A stretch of 64,000 bases of DNA from Guillardia theta CCMP2712 (taxonomy: Eukaryota > Protista > Cryptophyta). A program made the position numbers and the translations under genes. The stretch spans positions 62,001 through 126,000 of the forward strand of contig NW_005434630.1 of NCBI RefSeq assembly GCF_000315625.1, in the 5' to 3' direction. This document shows, in pieces, positions 22,401 to 34,400 of this stretch (position 1 is its first letter; each line of letters opens with the position of its first letter). Under the pieces are notes generated by a model. It was not told the origin of the DNA and ran no database searches. It was given only the letters and a program-made list of their open reading frames with translations.

Positions 22401-25400
22401 CTGAGTCTGCGGGAGGAGGCATCTCCGTAGGCAGCGGTCTGGTCATAGCCGCCATGGACAGCTACAACTCAAGCTCCGGCTCCAGGTACTCCAACGTCAC
22501 GGCGTACCTGTCTAATCCGGCTTGCTATGGGCTGAGCGAAGGAGGAAATTTCGTTTGCCCCCCCGGTCATTTCTGTGTGGAGGGTCTCAAGTCTCTTGCG
22601 GAAGGAGCCTGTCCCCCCGGAACGTACAGCAACCGCTCGGGTCTTGCAAGCTTCTCTGAGTGCGAGAGCTGCTTGCCAGGCATGTATTGCAGCGAGTGGG
22701 GGTTGACAGCGCCTACAGGACCTTGCGCAGCAGGTTTCTACTGTACAAGCGGAGCAGCAGATCCCAACGCCAGCATGTGCGACCCCCGCAGCGTCTCGAG
22801 CGTGCTCACATGTGCGACATCGCTGCTCTACAAGGAGTGCTCGCCCAACCTGACCTGTGGAGGAATATGTCCCGCAGGGTACTTTTGTCCTGTAGGCTCC
22901 CCTACACCCACGGCATGCACTCCGGGCTATTATTGCGACAAAGACGGGCAGGGCATTGTTTCAGGGCCTTGCTCTTCGGGCTACTTTTGTGGCTATAGCT
23001 CTGGAGGAGCAGGAGCTAGCACACCGACGCCGGACTCTGCGGACAGTCGGGGGCCTTGTCCTGTCGGATACTACTGTCCCGAAGGAACTGTATATCCGAT
23101 CCCATGTCCCAAGGGCACTTTCAGGCCGTACTTGAAAGGGCAGGCCAACAGCTCATGCCTGGCATGTACGCCAGGATTCTACTGTCCCGTCCAAGGTCTC
23201 TCCAACGTGTCTGGGTATCCATGCAGCGGGGGCTTCTACTGTCCTGGAGGTCAGTCGACCGGGACGCCATCCGGGTATCAGTGCCCAGTTGGTCACGAAT
23301 GTCCCGAGGGGAGCAAGAGTCCCAAGACTTGTCCTCCGGCTTACTACCAGAACGACGTCGGGCAGTCCGCCTGCAAAGTGTGCGAGGCGGGCTACTACTG
23401 CACGGGGAGCCCCGACCTGAACAGCGGCAGCGGGGCAGTGATCTGTCCGACTGGATACTACTGCCCTGCGGGGTCCGCCGAGAAGCTGTCGTGTAGTCCT
23501 GGGACCTACATGCCCAGGACGGGCGAGTCCGCGTGCTGGAGCTGCCCAGCTCAGTCCACGTGTCCCGAAGAAGGCATGAGCAGTCCATTGCCATGCCCCG
23601 CAGGTCACTACTGCCCCGAGAATAACTCCTTGCCCGTACCATGCCCGGAAGGCTCCTTCAGCGCTGATCAAAACCTCGCCTCTGCTGGCGAGTGTACAGC
23701 CTGTCTTCCGGGCAAGTACTGCGGCACATCAGGGCTCCGGTCGCCCACGGGAGATTGCTTTGCTGGTCACCTGTGTCTTCAGGGAGCGATCTTCCCTAAC
23801 GAGACCGTCAATGCCTCTGCTCTCTTCGGCCAGCGGCTCTCTTTCCCTTGTCCGCCCGGCTACTTCTGCACCACGGGAACGACAGCGCCGACGCCATGTC
23901 CTCCCGGTACTTTCTGTCAAGGCAGCAACAGCCAGCCCGATCCTTGCGCCGCAGGGACGTTCAATCGTAACTTCACTGCTACCAGCTGCAGCCAGTGTGC
24001 CGCGGGATACATTTGTAGCCCAGGCGGAGTAGCAGACTACGTGGCAGGGACGTACTACGCGGCTCCCTCGTTGTATGCCTGCGCGAATGAGAGCGGCGGC
24101 GCGGTAGCATGGACACAAGAGACAGCAACTAATGGGACATACGTGGCTGGAGACGTCGTGACAGATGTAGACGGTAACGCGTATGTGAGCGGAACCGTGT
24201 CAAGGGCGAGCGAGGGAGTCTATGAGGTGGTTCTGACCAAGTATAGTACAGCTGGGAGAGAAGTATGGACGAGTGTGCTGAGCTCGGAGAGCTCTCCGGC
24301 ATCAGCCCAAGGGATGGCAGTCGCAAGCGCGGGGTCTCTGTACGTAGGGATCAATCGGGAGGGGGGATGGTCGGTGTTGAAGGTGAGCAGCTGCGGGCAG
24401 CAAGAATGGAGAGTGGACGATGCAGACTCTCTCGAGGACCAGGCGCGGCTCGGGCTGGCGGTGGGAAGCGACGTAGTACTAGTCGCTTGGACCAACGTCT
24501 CTGGAAGTACCACTGTCCGGCAGTACACGATGGAGGGGAAGCTGGCGTGGGAGAGGGTCATGATAGCGGGAGCCGCAGGGGCGAAGGTCATAGCGACAGG
24601 GCTTGGGGCTGACGCAGCGGGGGGCGGCTTCATGGTGGGGATGTACGAGGGACAGTTTGCAGGGCAATATGCCGAGGGGGGATGGGATGGGTTTCTGCTT
24701 AGATTTGGCGTCGACGGACAACAAGGTTGGGTGCGTGCAATCAATGCATATCCTTCTGTCAGTGGCGTTGGAGTGGAGGTCGCGGCTGGCTGGCTGGTTG
24801 TGTATGGTAGAGCTTGGAGCTTGCAGAACAGCACCGATAACGTCAGTGCTGCCCAAGAATCTAACAATAACAACAACCTCCAGTTTGAACGAAAACTCAA
24901 GCTTGTCCAGGATTTTTCTTTTGAAATTTGATCATGAAATGGTAAGCCAAACACAGATATTCCTTGGGTCGAATCGAAATCTTCATAGTAAAGGAATAAC
25001 TTTGGACAGCTTCGGCGGCATCTACCTACTCGGCCAGTCGCCTGCGGACGCGAGCCGAGGTGGGCCTATAGGCTTCAGCGTCAAGCTGAGCCGGGGCGGG
25101 GACCTACTATGGAAGCAGACTTGGGGACAATCAGCTGAGTCTGCGGGAGGAGGCATCTCCGTAGGCAGCGGTCTGGTCATAGCCGCCATGGACAGCTACA
25201 ACTCAAGCTCCGGCTCCAGGTACTCCAACGTCACGGCGTACCTGTCTAATCCGGCTTGCTATGGGCTGAGCGAAGGAGGAAATTTCGTTTGCCCCCCCGG
25301 TCATTTCTGTGTGGAGGGTCTCAAGTCTCTTGCGGAAGGAGCCTGTCCCCCCGGAACGTACAGCAACCGCTCGGGTCTTGCAAGCTTCTCTGAGTGCGAG

Positions 25401-28400
25401 AGCTGCTTGCCAGGCATGTATTGCAGCGAGTGGGGGTTGACAGCGCCTACAGGACCTTGCGCAGCAGGTTTCTACTGTACAAGCGGAGCAGCAGATCCCA
25501 ACGCCAGCATGTGCGACCCCCGCAGCGTCTCGAGCGTGCTCACATGTGCGACATCGCTGCTCTACAAGGAGTGCTCGCCCAACCTGACCTGTGGAGGAAT
25601 ATGTCCCGCAGGGTACTTTTGTCCTGTAGGCTCCCCTACACCCACGGCATGCACTCCGGGCTATTATTGCGACAAAGACGGGCAGGGCATTGTTTCAGGG
25701 CCTTGCTCTTCGGGCTACTTTTGTGGCTATAGCTCTGGAGGAGCAGGAGCTAGCACACCGACGCCGGACTCTGCGGACAGTCGGGGGCCTTGTCCTGTCG
25801 GATACTACTGTCCCGAAGGAACTGTATATCCGATCCCATGTCCCAAGGGCACTTTCAGGCCGTACTTGAAAGGGCAGGCCAACAGCTCGTGCCTGGCATG
25901 TACGCCAGGATTCTACTGTCCCGTCCAAGGTCTCTCCAACGTGTCTGGGTATCCATGCAGCGGGGGCTTCTACTGTCCTGGAGGTCAGTCGACCGGGACG
26001 CCATCCGGGTATCAGTGCCCAGTTGGTCACGAATGTCCCGAGGGGAGCAAGAGTCCCAAGACTTGTCCTCCGGCTTACTACCAGAACGACGTCGGGCAGT
26101 CCGCCTGCAAAGTGTGCGAGGCGGGCTACTACTGCACGGGGAGCCCCGACCTGAACAGCGGCAGCGGGGCAGTGATCTGTCCGACTGGATACTACTGCCC
26201 TGCGGGGTCTGCCGAGAAGCTGTCGTGTAGTCCTGGGACCTACATGCCCAGGACGGGCGAGTCCGCGTGCTGGAGCTGCCCAGCTCAGTCCACGTGTCCC
26301 GAAGAAGGCATGAGCAGTCCATTGCCATGCCCCGCAGGTCACTACTGCCCCGAGAATAACTCCTTGCCCGTACCATGCCCGGAAGGCTCCTTCAGCGCTG
26401 ATCAAAACCTCGCCTCTGCTGGCGAGTGTACAGCCTGTCTTCCGGGCAAGTACTGCGGCACATCAGGGCTCCGGTCGCTATTTCTGTCCATCCCCTGGCT
26501 CAGTTGTAGGAAACGTTTCGCTCTGTCCGGTGGGAAGTTATTGTCCTGCTGGTAGCGCATCCCCCAGTGCTTGTCCGCCAGGAAGTACTTCGAGTGAGGG
26601 GGGCCTTGTCTCGGTAGATTATTGCATTAAATGCCCGGCAGGTTTCTACTGTCCATCGTCTCAAGCTAAATGTTCTCCTGGTCAAAATGTATCTGATTGC
26701 CTTGGGGTTCAGATTCTGTGCCCGGAAGGTTATTTTTGTCCTTCTGGGAGTTATGCTCAGTTTAGCAACCCATGTCCTCCCGGGGCTTATTGTCCAGCAG
26801 GTAGCCCATCTTTTGTGTCTTGTCAAGTCGGAGAGTATCAAGATGAAATGATTCAAACGCAATGCAAACCTTGTCCTCCAGGCCATCTCTGTTCGGGCGT
26901 TGGATTGAGCTATCCTCTCGCTTGTCCTCAGGGAACATTCTGCTTGAATAATGTCTCATATCCCTGCCCCATTGGAACGAACAACTCGGGTGAAAACGCC
27001 TCGTCTATCATGGATTGTTTGCCCTGCCCGGTAGGCACTTACTCATCTGCTGAAGGGGCCAAAATCTGCACTCCAATCTTTGCAGGATATTTTTCTAATG
27101 TGAGCGGTCTAATACTGGTTGAGAACACATTCAAAACATTGCAGTTTATTTTTCAATCTAATTTGTGCAAGAATGAAGGCTTTTTCTCGGTGAACAATCA
27201 AACGAGAATATGTAATGAACCTCTCGTAACAATGTTCGGGACATGTGAAGCAGGTTATTTCTGTTCTGGGGGAAGTTCTTCACCCCGCCCAATTCGCAGC
27301 GCCACAATCATGAATGGGGATATCTGCCCCCCCGGGTACTTTTGTCCCAGGCAAAGCAGTTTTCCATCAGCATGTCCAGCAGGCAGTTACAGCACCGCAA
27401 GAGGACTGATAAGCATCAGTCAATGCGTTCCATGTCCGAATGGGATGTATTGTGCTGGAACGGGAAACTCTGAACCAACAGGGCCGTGCAGTGCGGGTTA
27501 TCTTTGTGGTCAAGGAGAGACTGAGAGCAAACCGAACCGACCCGATGCTATTTGCCCTCTTGGTTATTTTTGCCCTGCTGGCTCTTCAGACCCGATTCCA
27601 TGCCCTGCCGGCACCTTCAACAACCTTGTAATGGGTGAGAGCATCTCTTCGTGTCTTCCTTGCGCTGCAGGACACTACTGCCCCACTCCAGGGATGTCGT
27701 CGAACCTCCCGGCTTGTGGCGCAGGCTATTACTGCCCTCAATCCACAACCTCAAGGTCCCTCGCGACTCTCTTGCACAACTTCTCGTCACCGTCATGGTG
27801 TGGAATGCTGGAGTCGATCGGAACTGTCTCCGTTACTATTGGCTTTGTTGAAAAATACCCTGCCCTATTCATGTGCCCAAAGGGTTACATGTGCCCGGAA
27901 GGGACATCGAGTCCCCTTCCTTGCTGCGTCAACATGACCCGCAAAGATTTCAATCAGAGCAACGGATGCTCACTCTTTCAACCAACGCCAGGAAATTCGT
28001 TTTGCCTTGATTGTCCCCCAGGCAGGGTATGCTTGAGAAATGTGGTATCGGGCGTCTCAACAAGCACGATAGATTGTCCCATTGGCTTCTACTGTGAGCT
28101 CGGGTATCCTCCAAGGTTGTGTGCTGATGGCACGTACGGAGGTAACGTGAATTTGTCCAAACAACTGGATTGTTTGCCATGCCCGCCTGGTAAGTGGTGT
28201 GCCAACGGAGTCGTTCAAGGTGACTGTGCTGCTGGCTTTGTGTGCAGAGGAGGTTCCGCATGCTCCACCCCGTCGAATCACTCGTGCCCCTCCCCTTCCA
28301 TAGAGCTCAACGACATTTGCCCGGAAGCGCACTACTGCCCCAACGGATCCTCAGTCCCGCTCCCTTGCCCGTTCGGAACCAGATTATCCAAGCTGGACCT

Positions 28401-31400
28401 GAGCTACCCAGGTCGGACTCAATGTGACTGCCTTGCATGCCTTTCAGGGCAATTCTGCCAGGTCGGCAGCGCTCAAGGTTCTCCCTGCCCGAAGGGATTT
28501 TACTGCCCTCAAATCAATGCCAGTGACGTTCGCCTTGAAGCATGTCCATTGCGCTCAAACCTGATTCCTTGCCCTCCTGGAACCTTTCAGGATTTGGAAG
28601 GTCAAACAGACATAAATGCCTGCAAAGTATGCGGAGAAACACTTCTAAACATTTCCTTTCAGGGATACTACTGCCCAGAAAGCAACAGCACTGAGCAAAC
28701 AGTCTGCCCTGCGGGACATTTTTGTTTGTCTGGACAGAGTAAGCCTATTGCTTGCCCAGCAGGCACATATAATCCCCTACAGGCAGCTAGTTCGATCCAG
28801 TCTTGCATAATTTGTCCAAGCAAGTATTATTGTCCTCTTGCCAGTACTGCACCCATCAGTTGTCCAGCTGGATCTTTCTGTGAGAATGGTTCATCAGTGA
28901 ACACGACCTGTTACAGTGGTTACTATTGTCCTCCAAAGACTGCAGAGCCAATTCCGTGTCCATCTGGTGCTTACTGCCCGATTGCAAGTGTTACGCCTTC
29001 AGTTTGCTTCCCTGGCACTTTCTGCCCTTCGCTATCTCACTATCCTTCCCTGTGTCCTCTGGGAATGCATGGTGAATCGAATGTCAGCTTGAATCGGAGC
29101 TCAGTGGAGTCCTCCTGCATTGCATGTCCACCGGGAAAGTTTGGAGCAGATCCGCGAAGATTAACATGTGAGGACTGCAGACCAGGGTATGCTTGTTTCG
29201 GCAATACAACTCGCGGAGACCCAAGAAACGTAAGTTTGGACAGGGGAGAGCCTTGTCCAGCAGGCTATTACTGTCCCTTAGGGACTGGGCAACCTCTGTC
29301 CTGCCCGAAAGGAACGTTCAATGCAAAGGTAGAGGAAAGTGACCTGAGTTCCTGTCTTTCGTGCCCCATCAACTCATTCAACAACCTCACAGGACAAACA
29401 ACATGTGTCCCCTGTGGGAGTACCGCAACATCCACCAACGATAGCCTTGCCTGCGTGTGCAAGGGAAGCAATAGGATATTTCATGCCTCAGATAGTGCCT
29501 GTAGATGTAAACAAGGTTACACGGTTTACAATGGATTAGGACAAGATCAAACTAATCTTGCAACGTCTGACGGTGTTCTTGACTGTGAGCCTATTATTCT
29601 CCCAAGGTGTACATCGAATCTTAGAAGCGAGGATGGGTCTTGTCTGTCACTTTGCTCCAATTCTGAATGTCCATCACCCCCGTGCTACTGTGATTCAAGT
29701 GGTTCAGACTACTGCAACAAGTCTTGTCCTTCGTACCAGGTGTCCCAAGCTCAGCAGCTGCAAGTAAGTCATTGATTGTGCGAGGAAGCAAGACTAACTT
29801 TGATCTCAGGTGGATTCTAGCGTTGGAACTACGATCGTTTGCAATTGTAAATGTCCTTTGGGCAGTTCGGACCCCAACTGCGCCGATCCCAATCAAGTTC
29901 CGATACAGACGTCGTACAACCTGTCGACTGACAGTGCTCAGAACACCATTCTGACGGTTATCAAGGCATCTGGAGTGTACAACTTTATTGTCAAAGGAAT
30001 GAAAGAATCTTCTAAATCGTCAAACGCACTTTTTGTAGGTTCATCCGATACAGGTTTCTCAGGTCTTCTTGATGCGTCTCTGTCTTATTTTGAAAGCCTC
30101 GGGCTTACCAACTGTACTTTTGACGGACAAGGAGTCTGTCAAGCGACATCCCAGTCACCAACGGCAAGAAGGAGACTCTTGTCCAGGGAGAAATCTTCTT
30201 CTCAATCATACAACCTCCGCGCACAAACACCAACTTCATCCTTCCAAGGAGTTGCCTCCCCCGTGCTTTGTATCAAAGCTGGCAATGGAGTCGTGTGGTC
30301 AGTCTCATCCAACAACATTTCAAGCCATTATCCTGTTTATAACGTCAACTCACTTCTCAACACGAACCCTGCGTTTGACTATGGTCCTTTCCTTCAACTA
30401 GCTACACAACTTCAGAATGGGTTGGTCATCGATTCGTTTTTCTACAACTTTCAGGATCCCGGAATATATGTGTTTCACGACGCGAGTGATGTAAGCAAAC
30501 GAATGGTTGTAGGTGTAGTCAATCCAGTTCTTGACTGCCCAGCTGCTTTTGGATCTGGAAATGTGATACAGCCTCTATCAGCTTCGCTGATACAATCATT
30601 CCCGTCATCAGCTCCTTCCATGATGACCAGCCCGAATTACAATCTCATCATTGCACTTGCTGTTTCCTTTGGATCAGTCCTGCTATTCAGCGTAGTAATC
30701 GTTCTTTTGAGAAATCGCGTTGGATGGGGAATCACAAATTCGAAAGGGCCAGCGCATCGCAAGCTCAAGCTCAATCTTGGTTCACAACGCGACAATGTCA
30801 AGGCCGTACGATCAACAGCTGTCCTCGATGAGTTGCACAAACGTGACGACGGTTACATTGATCTTGAAGGATTTAACGTGCAAATGCTTTTTGACAAATT
30901 GCAAGATCAGACTTTGTTGGTGACAGAGCAACTTACACAACAAAAGAATGATGTAAGAGAGTTCTATGACAAGCTCTCGCGAGAGACCTTGTCACTAAAG
31001 ACAGTTATGAACATAAACTCGACTTCTAAGGAAAGTAATCATGAGCAAGTCCAAAAGGCTTTGAATCGCAAGGAACGAATTTTCTCAGAGATCCAGCGAA
31101 GGAAGGAGATTGGTGAACATACAAAATCTATGTGTCAAACCGCGTTGAAAACTTTGGAGTCTTATGTCCAGCCAGATATCAATTTCTTCAACACAAGCGC
31201 ACTTTCTTTGAAGGAGGCAATCGATTTGATCCGTAAGAAATGCAGGAACCAAGGCTCTTCAGACGACCTGCACCGTATTCAAAGAGTTGTCAATGAGACA
31301 AAAACGGTGGTGCAAAGATGGAAATCAGCCGGTGGGATCTCGAAAGAGTTTGGCCTGGGGGCAAAACTGTTGGATGGGAAGAGGAAAGTTTTGAATAAGG

Positions 31401-34400
31401 TTGATTTGATCGACTCCTCTGGAAGGTTCAAACGACTGGATGGAATCCTTCAACTAGACTCTCTGACAGGCTTGACGGTTCCATGCAGAGGGACGGAGAT
31501 GCAAGTAGCAAAGCACGTTGTTCCTGTTCCTGATGACTGCTTTGTCCACCCTGCGACAGGACATGTCTTGCCGATTGAAGGCAATCTTGTATACAACGTG
31601 AGCGAAGGCAAACTTGAGCTTGTCTCAAACGTCTCAATCGAAGGACTGATGGAAAGACCGATGTTCTACATACGTAACAAGCAGAATGCAGAGGGAGATT
31701 CTTACCCATCCAAGAAAGCTCCTTACACAAATTTGCTTCCAGCAAATAACTTCAGCCCTCCGTCCAACAAGAAAAGAAGCATGCTGGATCCTTTCACTGG
31801 GCTCGAAGTTGCCATCCTCGGAGTCACTCACGATCTCGAAACCGGAGAGCTTGTAGCCGTTGGGGGAAGTATGCCTGACGCCGTGACGGGGATCCTCAAG
31901 CCGATCAGCCTCTATGGGATTATGCAAGGAGTTCACTCGACAGCTCCTATCTTGATCACCGGAGTGAAGATAGATGAGAGAACAGTAGTCCCTGTGCCTG
32001 TGGGCGGATGGTATGACGTCATGTGCTGTGAAGATGATTTCCTGACGTGTTGTCGCAGGCTGGACAAGGATCCCTCTGAGCAAGGCAAACCGATCTTTCT
32101 TGGAGCCGCTTTCAACGACGAGTTCTCTGGCCTCAAGCGGCACTGCACGATGAGCCTGCCGGATCCATTGAACAGAAGCTGTGTGATCCCGTACCAGAGC
32201 GACTTGCTGTTCCATCTCAAGCTGAACCATCACAAGCTTGTCGAAAGTTTGCTTCAGCAGACCGAGCATCTCAGCCACGTTCTCCAACAGAAATCGAAGA
32301 ATGATCCACAAGAGATTGAAGGTCTACTTAGAAAGCTGAACGAGACTGACCACAAGTACCACAAGATCAGAGACGTGCTGCTAGGAGAGATGAATGGCCC
32401 ATGTCAGTCTCTAAATGTTTGCATAGCAAGCATGAAAGCGCTGGCTGAAGATGGAGGCCAAAGAGGGAGATTTTTCGACCCATATTTGTCCGAGGAGCTT
32501 CCGATCTTGCTAGGATGTAAGATGTATGATGAGCGACTGGAAGATGAGGTGATAGCGTTCGAGTTGCGGGATGACGGACAGACCGACGAAGCTGAAGTAG
32601 GAGGCTGCAGGACCCTTGACCCTGTAACAGGGAAAGTGTCAACTGTGAGCATCGGGGGTAGGATGCGAGACATCAAGACTGGCAGGATCCTTCCTGTGAC
32701 GCATATTACAAGAGATGTGAGCACGAAAGAAGTCGTGCCAGACTCAAACCTCAGAATCTTTGCCAAGGAGAAGAGCTACAAGGCAGAGAATGGAGCTTCC
32801 ATGGAACTGATTTCAGAGCTGCTGCAGAACCTCCTCTCGTCAAACAGCAACGGTCAACTTCTACAGGAGCTAGTGCACAACGCAAAGCAGCTCAGCCCCA
32901 CCCGTGGGAAGAACGTGCAGTTCGATCACTCGGTTCCACATTCTCCTGAGTTGGACGGGTTGGATCACCTGTACGAGATGGCAGCGGACGACATGCATGA
33001 GTTGATGACGGCGAACGAGCTTGAGACAGCTCCCACATTCGAGGAGAAGCTCGATGAGATCATAGCCGATGTGAGGGCCAACAGCGATGAGTCGCTGCAT
33101 GGAGAGATGGTCGAGAACAAAGCCAAGGCGCTGCAGGAGATGGAAGGATATTCTTCTCTGCTGGATTCATTGAGCCAAGAGATCCTCCAAGAGCTTGATG
33201 CCGCCAACGTGGGAGGCTCTCAAAAGGACAATGAGAGGATAGCAGAGATTATCTCGTCGCTCTTGCATCACGAGAAGCAGAGGCAGATGTCTGCATACGA
33301 AAGACTCGCACTCTCTGCCTTCGAAAAAGCGGCAAGGAGAAGGTCAAACCAGGACCTTGAAGCGAGGAACCTCGAGGAGCTGGAGAGCAACGGTGAGAAT
33401 GTCTTGTTTGAGAAAGCCGCTCTCCGAATTCAACAAGATCATGACCAAGAGTTGGCACGAACAACGGCAGAGATCGCCAAGGAAAACATCGAGAAGAGAA
33501 GCCGCGAGCTTGCACAGGAGCAAAAGCATCTACAGCAAGCGTTGATGTCTCTTGGACCCATCACAGACGAGCAAGTTCAGCTGCTACTAGCAGAGTATGA
33601 CAAGACCGCTGACAGGTTGGAGGGTGTGAGCAGAAACGAGCTCATCAAACAAACCTTCGATGTCGAGAACAAGTTGGACTCCGCAAAAGGCCGGAAGCTT
33701 GCAAGGCTCCTTGAGAAGTCAGTTCAACCTGCCGCACAGGAGAGTCGTTGGAAGGCAAAGCTCGATGAAGCAGATGATATAGAATTGGCAGACATTCTTG
33801 AAAAGCATGATTACCTGCGAACAAGACTTGAGAATGCTCTGAAAACTTACGAAGAATCAGAAAAGAAAATGTTTGAGCGACAAGTGGACGAAGAGAACCG
33901 AAGGAGCGAGATGGAGCTAGAGTCCAGGTTCCTCTCTGCGCTGGATCAATCGGTGGATGAAGAGGAGAAACAACGGATCCTCACGAGATATACCACAGAT
34001 CTGACTGACTTGAAGCAGAAATTAGAGACCGATAAGAGGAAGCAAATGATGGACTTTGAAAACAGACTGCAACAGAAGCGAAAGAAGAAGCTGGAAGAGG
34101 AATACTTGGCCAAGATGAACCAAGAGGTGGACATGTTGAAAAGCAATGCGCCAAGAGGCGAGGCTCTCAAGTTGGGCTTAGAGATTGAGAATGCGGTCTA
34201 TCAAGAGATCGAGAATGCGAGGTTGGCTTCAGCCTTGTTGAGCCAAGACGAGGCAGATCTTGAGTCCTTGAGACAAGGTCTGAAGTCGACAGAAGAAGCT
34301 CAGGTCTCCGAGCTCATGATCAACTTAAGCAAGGAAGTTCAAGATGCGGACGCTGAGACCAGAAACAAGCTGATCGCCAACCACGAGCTGAACATGGCGA

